Source: an uncultured delta proteobacterium | Lineage (GTDB): Bacteria > Myxococcota > Myxococcia > Myxococcales > 40CM-4-68-19 | Assembly: GCA_903911145.1 (NCBI GenBank) | Contig: CAIWCD010000013.1 | Location: forward strand, 372,001-436,000 | Reading direction: 5' to 3' | DNA length: 64,000 bases | Part shown: positions 17,753 to 26,104 of the stretch, piece by piece | Layout of the letters: each line of letters starts with the position of its first letter | Numbering within the stretch: position 1 is the first letter of the stretch | Translations under genes and position numbers: made by a program | Notes under the pieces: model-generated | Told to the model about the DNA's origin: nothing | What the model saw: only the letters and a program-made list of their open reading frames with translations | Databases searched by the model: none

Positions 17753-19575
17753 GGATTGGTCCCCGGCGGGACGCAGACGCTGCTCTGGTTGTTGTCAGTC
17801 GCGTCGTTGACAGGCAGGCAGCTCCAAGACGCGGGGCAGTCGGAGTTGAGCGTGCAGGCGGCCGTGCAGACGTTGCCAGAATCCTTCTTCAGGCAGAGGT
17901 GGCTCTTGCACGCCGCGGGACCGAACGTGCAGTCGGCGCCAACGCCGCCGCCGCCATTCGGGAAGCAGACGGAGATGGAGTCGCCACTGGTGCCGCCGTC
18001 CGCGCTCTGGGTGATCGAGCCCGCGGTCGTCCCCTGCTCGCAGGAGAAACCCGTCGGGCAGGTTGCGCTGGTGCTGCCGCAGGTCTGCGAGCAGATCTGC
18101 GCGGTGCCGAGATCGAGGCAGATGCCGTTCTGGCAAGGAGGGCTGCCGGGCGAGCAGTCGTCGCCAAACGAGCCGCCGACGGGCGCGCAGACCCCGTGCG
18201 GGCTCGGTGCCTTCGAGCAGTCGTATGCGGTGCTCCCGACCGCGTCGCAGCAGTGCCAGCGCGAGTCCTGACAGTCGGAGTCGCGTGAGCAGGCGAGCGT
18301 GCACTCCTGCTCGGTGCCGAACTGGGCGCAGACTCCAGAGATGCAATCATCCGCCCCGTGCGCGGCGCAGGACTCGCCGAGGCCTTGCAATCCGCCCTCG
18401 CAGGAGCCACGCACGGGCGCACACTGGTAGGGCCATGCGCCGCCGACGCCGATGCCGGTGCACTCAAATCCTGCAGGGCAAAGCGCCGCGTTCTTGCCGC
18501 AGCCAGCACCCGGGCAAACACCGGTAGAGCAGTCGCTGCCGCAGAACGTCTCGCCGAGGAAGGGCGAGCCTGCCGTGCGGTTGTCCACGCAGCGCGCGGT
18601 GCCGCCATCGATCGCGCATTGGTCGTCGCTGTTGCAGGCCGCGCAGAGGGCGCCGTCGGTGCGACGCTGGCACGCGTGGGTGGCGAGGTTGCACGTCGAA
18701 CCGAGGCCGCACTCACGCGCGACGGTGGCCGAGTCGGTTCCGTCGCAGAAGCCCGAGCAGGTCCCGCTGTTCGGAACGCACTGGTACGGCCCGCTTCCTC
18801 GTCCCGAGAGATCGGTGCAGGAGAAATTCGTGTCGCAGGGATTGCCGCCGTCAGCCGAGGGATCGCACTTCACACCGCAGAACGCCTCGCCCGAGATCAG
18901 GTTGCGCACGCAGAGATCGCCCGGGCCGCCACACTCGACGTTTCCGGTGCAGGCCGCGCAGAGCGGGCGCCCGCCGCGACAGGTTCCGACGGTCGATGGC
19001 GAGCCGGGCTTCTCGGGCAGGCATCCGGTCGCGCTTCCACCGTCTGCGACAGCTCCGCAGAGGAATCCGGTCGGGCAACCGGCGCCGCACGCCGGAGCGC
19101 AGAAGCCATCGCCGTCCCCCTCGTTGTGGCAGGTTCCGCCGGTGCCGCACTGCTTGTCGCTGGTGCAGACTCCGCAGGCCGAGCGCGTGACCGCGATGTA
19201 GCAGCGGGCCGACGTCGTGTCGCACTGGAGCCCCGCGGAGCAGTCGACGTCCTGCGCGCAGACGCCGCCTGCGCCTCGCGCTTGACAGACCATCCCGGCA
19301 GGAGACGAGAGGCAGAGAAATCCTGTCGGGCAGTCGGTCTGGCCCTGGCAAGGCTGCGTGCAGTAGGCCGTGCTCGTGTCGAGGACGAGGCAGAGATCCG
19401 AGTTGCAGCCGTCGTTGCGCGCGGAGAGGCAGTTGGCGCCGAGGCCGGCCTTCGCCGTCTGATTCGTGCTGCTGCCGCAAGCTGAAACGCCGATGAGCGC
19501 CGCGAACAGCAAAGCCGCGCCGAACGCGCGCCCCCCGAGTCCGAGGACGAGCCTGTCGACAGCGTTCGCGCGCAT
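17749..19575 (-). CDS. Cys-rich repeat lipoprotein
   Basis: Lipobox IGVSAC; about 75 Cys by hand count in repeated modules. Start uncertain (19575, 19599 or GTG 19692). Confidence 0.8.
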   Translation of the reverse strand: MRANAVDRLVLGLGGRAFGAALLFAALIGVSACGSSTNQTAKAGLGANCLSARNDGCNSDLCLVLDTSTAYCTQPCQGQTDCPTGFLCLSSPAGMVCQARGAGGVCAQDVDCSAGLQCDTTSARCYIAVTRSACGVCTSDKQCGTGGTCHNEGDGDGFCAPACGAGCPTGFLCGAVADGGSATGCLPEKPGSPSTVGTCRGGRPLCAACTGNVECGGPGDLCVRNLISGEAFCGVKCDPSADGGNPCDTNFSCTDLSGRGSGPYQCVPNSGTCSGFCDGTDSATVARECGLGSTCNLATHACQRRTDGALCAACNSDDQCAIDGGTARCVDNRTAGSPFLGETFCGSDCSTGVCPGAGCGKNAALCPAGFECTGIGVGGAWPYQCAPVRGSCEGGLQGLGESCAAHGADDCISGVCAQFGTEQECTLACSRDSDCQDSRWHCCDAVGSTAYDCSKAPSPHGVCAPVGGSFGDDCSPGSPPCQNGICLDLGTAQICSQTCGSTSATCPTGFSCEQGTTAGSITQSADGGTSGDSISVCFPNGGGGVGADCTFGPAACKSHLCLKKDSGNVCTAACTLNSDCPASWSCLPVNDATDNNQSSVCVPPGTNP

Positions 19576-19704
19576 AAGGCCGAGGGCACGAGGAAACATC
19601 GCGATGCCTCTACCATCGAGTTTGATGCCGTCCAACTGAAAGAATGGGGATCTCCGCCGATCCCCTGATTGCCGCCGAAGCTCGTCGGCCACGGCGCGAG
19701 CGGG

Positions 19705-21027
19705 CTACTTCGGTGCGCCAGCGAGCGGAAGCACAGCCGGAGTCGGGTCGACGAGCAGGAGCGACGCGCCTCCGCGCCCAGACTGGGTTTGCAGCGCGAC
19801 AAAGGCCGTGGGCGCTGCCGTCTTGACCAACTGGCCGGGCGTGAGCATCACCAGCGCACTCGAGTTGTCGACCGCGTGTTTCAGCGAAATCCAGAGATCG
19901 CCGATCGCATCGAAGGCGAGCGCGTGTGCGGTCGCATCAGCGTCCAGCGCAAGCGCAAGTGCCGGGGCCTCCGCATGAGTGCCGCCGAGTTGGGCCACCT
20001 CGTACTCGAGCAGGCTGTTGCCGCCTGAGATGATCCAGAGATTGCCCTTGGCGTCGAAGGCGAGAGGACCGGGTGCATCGACGGAGATCTGGACCGTCGG
20101 GAGGTAGTAGCCGGACGCTGCGAGCTGGCGCGGCTCGAAACGCGCGAGCGAGCCGCTGGCGTTGGCGGTGCCCGCGCTCACAACCCAGAGACTCCCCGTG
20201 GCGTCAAGGGCGAGACCGATCGGAGCATCAAGCGCACCCGAGGCCCCTTGCAGCGTGATGTCCGGTGCGAGGAGATTTCCGCTCGCCACAGTCGCGGGCG
20301 ACCAGTAGTCGAGGCTCTTCTCCGTCTGGCTCGCGCCGAAGATGCCGCCGTCCGCGTCGAGGCAGAACGCATCGAGACGCCCGCCCGACTGGAGCAGCCG
20401 TGGCGTCGGCTGGGACTGGCCGTTCACCAGTTGCGACGCGCCGAAGACGACGAACGAACTGGTCTGCAGATCGTTGGCGAGCAGCCAGATGCTCCCGTGG
20501 CCATCGAGCGCGAGCCCGGCCTGCGCGGCGTAGCTCGTGAGCATCTGCGCTGGCGCAGCAGGATTGAGCCCGTCCATCAGCGAAGCGACCGGCCAGCTTC
20601 CGAGGGAGCGCGCGTCACCGAACTGCGAGAGCCAGAGCGAGCCCGTACCCAGCCGCGCCTCATAGGCAACCTCCTTGGTGATCGCCTGGCTCGCGGAGAG
20701 AGTGAACGTGCCGGCGGCCGCATCGTCGGCCCAGACCGTGTCGACAAGCGACGTTGGAATCACGATCGGCGGCACCGTCAGCGAGTAGGCGCCTGGCGTG
20801 AGACCGTCGAGGATCACGCTCCCCGCATCGATCGTCTGCGCATACTTGTTCGGTCCGGTCAGGACCAACTCGGTCGAAACGCCCGGCGGAGTCGTCACGT
20901 GGATGGTGAGCGTGGCGCTCTGCGATTGATAGTTCTGATTGACGTCCTCGCCCACGCAGGCAGAGAGCGCGACGGAGAGGAGCGCGCAGGCGACGCTGGC
21001 AGCAGAAGAGAGTGGGGATCGCGCCAT
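19705..21027 (-). CDS. Lipoprotein with Ig-like N-terminal region and NHL/Vgb-like beta-propeller
   Basis: Lipobox ALSAC; blades GLALDGHGSIWL, FCLDADGGIF, GLALDATGSLWV, LAFDAKGNLWI, LAFDAIGDLWI; ATG 21027 lies 2 nt after the bcsC stop. Confidence 0.78.
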   Translation of the reverse strand: MARSPLSSAASVACALLSVALSACVGEDVNQNYQSQSATLTIHVTTPPGVSTELVLTGPNKYAQTIDAGSVILDGLTPGAYSLTVPPIVIPTSLVDTVWADDAAAGTFTLSASQAITKEVAYEARLGTGSLWLSQFGDARSLGSWPVASLMDGLNPAAPAQMLTSYAAQAGLALDGHGSIWLLANDLQTSSFVVFGASQLVNGQSQPTPRLLQSGGRLDAFCLDADGGIFGASQTEKSLDYWSPATVASGNLLAPDITLQGASGALDAPIGLALDATGSLWVVSAGTANASGSLARFEPRQLAASGYYLPTVQISVDAPGPLAFDAKGNLWIISGGNSLLEYEVAQLGGTHAEAPALALALDADATAHALAFDAIGDLWISLKHAVDNSSALVMLTPGQLVKTAAPTAFVALQTQSGRGGASLLLVDPTPAVLPLAGAPK

Positions 21028-21029
21028 GA

Positions 21030-24000
21030 CTATCGCTCCGGAGCGGTGGACCAAGGGGTGCGCACGAGCTCGCCAGCGCTGCTCTGCTGCGACTCACGGC
21101 CGAGGAAGTTCAGGCGAACGAAGAGGCCGCCCTGCACTTCGTCGTAATCCTGGGCGTGGTGGATGCGAAGATACATGCCGCCTTCGAGATGCTCGGTGAG
21201 AGGGAAAGCGACGTCACCCTGTGCGTCGATGGCGAACGCTGTCGTCGCGTTCGACGGATAGAAGGCAACGAGCGGCGCGCCGGTCGTATCGGTTGCAGCC
21301 TCGCGGGCCAACTCGCGCGAGGGGTCGCGGGGGAAGTACGGCGTGCGCGCTTCGGTGAACCAGTTCAGCCCCGGGTTGACCTGCGCGGTCCAGCGAAGCT
21401 TGCCGATCTCTCCATGCAGCCGGAACGGGATGCTCGCGTTGACGAATCCCTGCGGGCTGAAGTAGCCGCCCTGCCCCAGCGTGAAGTAGCGCAGGTTGTT
21501 CTGGTAGCCGAGCACCGTCACCGAGAGGCCCGAGCCGAAATTCGCGAGCGTCGACTTGAGCACCGTCCACTCGAGGCCGAGTCCGCCGGAGCTCTCGCTG
21601 TTGGCCGAGACGCCGTGTGTGCCGAGGAGCACGTCGTACGCGCCCCAGAGATAGTAGGTGGTGCTCTCTGTGGTGTAGCCGAGATCGAGTCGGCCGCCGT
21701 TGCGCGTGACCTGTCCCCACGTCACGCCGCTGAGCGGATCGTAGACTCCAGCCATCGAGAGCATGCTGTCCTCGACCAGGCGCCGCGAGACCTCGACCGC
21801 GAAGCCGAAGCCGAGCGCCTGCGAGCGGTAGCGGATGCCTCCCGTGTACGTCTTGAGCAGGAAGCCGAGTGGAGTCGAGCCGACGTCGAGCGCGAGGCCG
21901 CCCTGCTGGTAGCCCGCGCGCAACTCGGTGCCGGAAGCGCGCATTCCGATCTGGAGATCGGGGCGTGCGTTGAGCGGCAGCGCGCCGGAGCCGAAGCGGT
22001 GCGCAACATCGGGGCTTGCGAACGCGAGTGCACCGACGTCGAGAAGCGTGGGAGTGGCCGTGAGGAGAAAGCGCCCGTGGTAGCCGAGAGGCAGGCCGAT
22101 CTCGAGGGGGATTCGGAACGCCACCAACTGCGTGAGGCCGGCCTCACCAGCGCGCGCGCGAAGATCTGCGGTGGCCGATACGTAGGCCGCATGGCGCTCG
22201 CGGATCGCGTCGATCTCGCGCTGAATCTGGTCCTGCAGCTCGATCGTCTCTGCCGCAGGATGAGACGCATCGCCAAACTGCTTGCGTCCCTCGTCGAGGA
22301 TCTCCGGCACCGAGCTCTCGCGGGTGAGCTGTGCACCGCGCGCGGCCTCCTCTGCGGTCAAGCTGCTGGCGACGAGCTGGCGCGCCTCGTCCAGATTTCC
22401 CATCGCGTCGCCGTCGTCTCCGAGTTGCACATCGAGCTTCGCCGCGAGCAGGCGCAGGCGCGCGTCGCGGGGAGCGCGCTTGAGTCCTTCGTCGACGAAA
22501 CGTCGTGCATCACCGATGCGGTGCAGCTTGGCCGCGCTGCGCACCGCGCCCTCGCGCGCCTCGAGATTGTCCGGATCGCTCTCGAGCACGCGCACGAAGA
22601 CCGCGAGCCCGTCAGCGGCGCGATCGCCGTCGTTGAAGAGCCGCCCGAGCGCGCAGAGCAGTCGCGGCTGATCGGGGAGCGTGTTGAGCGGACCGGCGAG
22701 CGTGTTGAACGACTGCTGCAGATCGCCCCGCTCGCGAAATTGATCCGCGCGCCGCACCGTCACGGAGGTCTTCAGATCGACGAGGCCACGGCGATCGCGC
22801 GGAGTCAGACGCGAGTCAGCCTCGAGTTCGGAAAGCAGCGCCAGGAGCGGTCCATCCTGCGCAGCGCCGAGCAGCACGGCGGCGAGATCGAGCTTGAGAC
22901 TGGCGGCTGCGTCGGGGTTGCTCGCCACCGTCTGGTTCATCAATTCGACCGCGCGCTGCGTCTCGCCGAGCACAATCCACGCGTGCGCAACCGCCGACGC
23001 CGCTGCCGACTGGCCATGCACTCGCTGCTGCAGGCGCAGGAGGTCGTCGCGGATGAGTTCGCGCTTCTCGTGCGGCGCGCGCCGCAGAATCCGCTCGGCC
23101 TCGCCACGCACTTGAAGAAGCGGCTTGAGCGCACGCATTTCGGGCGTCATCGCCTCGGGCGGCAACGCGGATAGCGCAGCGAGCGCCGCCTCGTGATCGC
23201 CAGCGTTCGCGAGCACGCGCACCCAGGTGATGCGCGCTTCGACCATGCCCGGATCGAGCTTGAGCAGCAGCGCCGCGTCGCTCCTTGCCGCAGAGAGTTC
23301 GCCCAACTCAAGCTCGACGTTCGCGAGATCGTGAAGGACCCAGACGTTCTGCGCGTCAGCAGCGCGAGCGGCCACCAGTGCGGTCCGCGCGAGATCGGGC
23401 CGGCCGTGCTCCATCGAAGACGTCGCGTTCGCACGCAGCATCGTCGCCTCGAGCGCACCCTTGTCGAGCGCGAGCTTCGGAGACGACTGCGCGAGCTTTT
23501 CGTTGATGCTCTCGGCCTCCTCACGCTGGCCCAGACGGATGAGCACTTCGAGCAACCCGCGCAAGGCCTCAGGCATGTCCGGTCGCTCTCGCAACAGCGC
23601 ACGCAGCCGCAGCTCGGCCTTCTCCGGCTCTCCGCGCTCGAGAGAGAGCTGCGCGAGCACCACCTCGGCATAGCCGCGCTCGACCGCACCGCTCTTCGCC
23701 GCCTGCGCGAAGAGCGCCTCCGCGTCATCGAGGCGATGGTCTGCCTGCGCCGCGCGGCCGTCCTGCATCAGCGCCCAGAACGTCGCCGAGCGCAGCGACC
23801 GCTCCCAGATCTCCGGCTTGTCGGGCGAGAGCGCACGGACCTTCGCGAAGAGATCGCGCGCCTTCGAGAACTCGCCCCGCTTGAAGGCGACGAGGCCCTG
23901 CCCAACGAGCGCGTCGCCATTCTGATCAGAGCGCGCGGCAGCTTTGAAGTTGCGCTCGGCCTCCTTGACGTCGCTGCGCTCGAGCGCCTGGAAGCCCGCG

Positions 24001-24815
24001 GCAACCTCGGCGCCGTGAGGGTCGGCGCGCGGCTCGGCGAGCCGCTTCTTGAGCTCCGCGTCGTCCGGGTGGCGGGCGAGATACTGGGTGAGAAGCGCAT
24101 CGTCAGTCGACGCGAGACGCAGCCAGAGAAGCGCCTGCCGCTGCGCAGGATCGGCCTCATCGGCCAGAACGCCCTCGAGGATCAGCTTCTGCAGCGCCGC
24201 GATTCCGTCGCGCCGCGTCTCCTCGCGATAGGTCTGCACCCGGGCGAGCGCGATGCGATACGCGGGCTCTCCGGGACTCGTTGCGAGCAGCTTCGCCAGT
24301 CCGTCGGAGGCCTCCTTCCAGCCATCCTTGGTGCCTCCCAGCGTCGCGTAATACTCGAGGCTCAGGTGCCGCGGCGGACCGGACTCTCCGAAGAGCTGGC
24401 GATAAATCGTGACTGATTCGTCAGCTTTTCCATCGCGCGCGAACGCGCGGGCCTGCGCGAGCAACCGATCGAACTCCGCACCAATGGTGAGCGCGCGTTC
24501 GACGGACCGGGCGTCGGCAGAGCCGGGAGCGATCGAGTTGAGCCGCGAGAGATACTCGCGGGCCTTGTCCGCCTTGCCCAATCGCGCGGCCTGCGCGCCG
24601 AGCGCAGCGAGAGCCTCGATGTCGCGCGGGTCAGAACGCAGCACCTTCTCGTAGGCCTCGTCAGCGCGATCTTCGCGGCCGCGCGCCTGCCAATAGCGCG
24701 CGCTGCGCAGAAGCAGCTCAACCGCGTTCGGCGGCGTCTGCGCGGACGCCAGAGGAGCGACGGAGGCGAGCGCAAGCGCGCAGAGGAGAATCAGGGTTGT
24801 GCGCATGAGGTCCAT
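21030..24815 (-). CDS. bcsC: Cellulose synthase outer-membrane export protein BcsC
   Basis: Signal peptide, N-terminal ARYWQARGREDRA, TPR array, C-terminal barrel motifs DVGSTPLGF, SMLSMAG..DP, NLRYFTLGQGGYFSPQ. Start 24815 or 24806. Confidence 0.92.
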   Translation of the reverse strand: MDLMRTTLILLCALALASVAPLASAQTPPNAVELLLRSARYWQARGREDRADEAYEKVLRSDPRDIEALAALGAQAARLGKADKAREYLSRLNSIAPGSADARSVERALTIGAEFDRLLAQARAFARDGKADESVTIYRQLFGESGPPRHLSLEYYATLGGTKDGWKEASDGLAKLLATSPGEPAYRIALARVQTYREETRRDGIAALQKLILEGVLADEADPAQRQALLWLRLASTDDALLTQYLARHPDDAELKKRLAEPRADPHGAEVAAGFQALERSDVKEAERNFKAAARSDQNGDALVGQGLVAFKRGEFSKARDLFAKVRALSPDKPEIWERSLRSATFWALMQDGRAAQADHRLDDAEALFAQAAKSGAVERGYAEVVLAQLSLERGEPEKAELRLRALLRERPDMPEALRGLLEVLIRLGQREEAESINEKLAQSSPKLALDKGALEATMLRANATSSMEHGRPDLARTALVAARAADAQNVWVLHDLANVELELGELSAARSDAALLLKLDPGMVEARITWVRVLANAGDHEAALAALSALPPEAMTPEMRALKPLLQVRGEAERILRRAPHEKRELIRDDLLRLQQRVHGQSAAASAVAHAWIVLGETQRAVELMNQTVASNPDAAASLKLDLAAVLLGAAQDGPLLALLSELEADSRLTPRDRRGLVDLKTSVTVRRADQFRERGDLQQSFNTLAGPLNTLPDQPRLLCALGRLFNDGDRAADGLAVFVRVLESDPDNLEAREGAVRSAAKLHRIGDARRFVDEGLKRAPRDARLRLLAAKLDVQLGDDGDAMGNLDEARQLVASSLTAEEAARGAQLTRESSVPEILDEGRKQFGDASHPAAETIELQDQIQREIDAIRERHAAYVSATADLRARAGEAGLTQLVAFRIPLEIGLPLGYHGRFLLTATPTLLDVGALAFASPDVAHRFGSGALPLNARPDLQIGMRASGTELRAGYQQGGLALDVGSTPLGFLLKTYTGGIRYRSQALGFGFAVEVSRRLVEDSMLSMAGVYDPLSGVTWGQVTRNGGRLDLGYTTESTTYYLWGAYDVLLGTHGVSANSESSGGLGLEWTVLKSTLANFGSGLSVTVLGYQNNLRYFTLGQGGYFSPQGFVNASIPFRLHGEIGKLRWTAQVNPGLNWFTEARTPYFPRDPSRELAREAATDTTGAPLVAFYPSNATTAFAIDAQGDVAFPLTEHLEGGMYLRIHHAQDYDEVQGGLFVRLNFLGRESQQSSAGELVRTPWSTAPER

Positions 24816-26104
24816 CGGGGCTGCAGGCGGCCGTCGCGGGAAAACCGAAATGCGCCGTCGAGAAAGCCGAGCGCGAAGAGCGCGAGGTTCTGGTCGTAGT
24901 AGGCCGCAGGCTCGCCGAAGTTGCCGCTCGGCCCGCGCGAATGCTCAAGCCGCTCGCGCAGCGCCGCGACGCCGCCGACGTCTCCTTGCGCGGCGAGGGA
25001 GGGAAGGATCGCGGCCCAGAATCCCGGGGGCCCTTCGTGTCCGCTCAATCCGCGCGAATCGACCGAGCCGGCAGAAGCGCTCCCGTCCTTGCTGGGCGCG
25101 GGCGCGCGCGTATCGACGCGCTCAGGAATCCTGCCGGTCGCGCGATACCAGTCCGCCAGACCGCGCGTCGATCGCTGCCAACTCGCGCGGAGCGGATCGG
25201 CCTCGTCGATGAACGCTGCCCAGAGAATTGTGCGGATGGCGTCGTACGAGCCGACCGATCCCGACACGGGATCGACGAAGACGCCGGCGCTGCTGGACTG
25301 CGCGATCCAGTCGGGGACGAGGCCGTTGGGTGCAGCGTCATGCAGCAGCCGATCCCAGCTCTGGGCGAGGGCGCTCCACGGGCCTCGAGGATCGCGGTCG
25401 GCGAAGCGACGCAGCAGAGGGAGAGGAACGTAGCTCGGGTTGAGGCGAGCGACGCGCGCGGCCGTGCTGCCAGCGTCCGCGGAGGGAGCTTCGGGAGAGA
25501 GGAAGCCGTGCGGAGCGGGCAGCAGCGCCAGGCCAAGTCCGGGGAGATCGACGATCTCGAGCGTGCGCACCTGTATGAGCAGGCGATCGCCGAGTGCCTC
25601 GTAGCGCGGCTCATTCCAGAGGCGGCCTGCCTCGAGAAGCGCCCAGGCGAGCCAGAGATCCGCGTCGCTCGCTGCGTTCGCGTCGGCGATGGCAAACCCT
25701 TTCGGGCCGCTCGACCAGAGCCATGCAGGCAACCGCTCGCCCAGAGCTGCGCCCGCGAGATTCACATCGGTCCAGTGCAGCACCGCAGAGAAGCGCGCGC
25801 GATCTCCCGCGACCAGCGCGAGCGCGAGCGCATAGGCCTGCCCCTCTGACGTTGTCCGTGCCCCTGCCGTCCGATCGACCACGCGGCCGTCAGCCTCGAT
25901 GAACGCCTCGGCGTAACGGTCCCAATCGGCCCATGCGGAGCATCGCGCATCGGCACGCGCATGTTCTCTCTGTGCATCCGACGCGGCGACTGCGGCCTTC
26001 TTCCCCGCGCAACCGGAGGGAGCAACTGCGCAGCCCGCGAAGGCGAGCGACACCACGGCCTCCCGCGCCCAGCGCGGTCCGGAGCGTGCGGACGCGCGAT
26101 TCAC
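24791..26104 (-). CDS. bcsZ: GH8 endoglucanase BcsZ
   Basis: TTSEGQAYAL, LPAWLW, DANAASDADLWLAWALLEAGRLW, LNPSY, GSYDAIR, YYDQNLALF. Confidence 0.93.
   Translation of the reverse strand: MNRASARSGPRWAREAVVSLAFAGCAVAPSGCAGKKAAVAASDAQREHARADARCSAWADWDRYAEAFIEADGRVVDRTAGARTTSEGQAYALALALVAGDRARFSAVLHWTDVNLAGAALGERLPAWLWSSGPKGFAIADANAASDADLWLAWALLEAGRLWNEPRYEALGDRLLIQVRTLEIVDLPGLGLALLPAPHGFLSPEAPSADAGSTAARVARLNPSYVPLPLLRRFADRDPRGPWSALAQSWDRLLHDAAPNGLVPDWIAQSSSAGVFVDPVSGSVGSYDAIRTILWAAFIDEADPLRASWQRSTRGLADWYRATGRIPERVDTRAPAPSKDGSASAGSVDSRGLSGHEGPPGFWAAILPSLAAQGDVGGVAALRERLEHSRGPSGNFGEPAAYYDQNLALFALGFLDGAFRFSRDGRLQPRWTSCAQP

Noticed and set aside
17749..19575. Cys-rich protein as multiheme cytochrome or ferredoxin
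   Set aside because: No CxxCH motifs and no ferredoxin spacing; exported lipoprotein, so disulfides are more likely.
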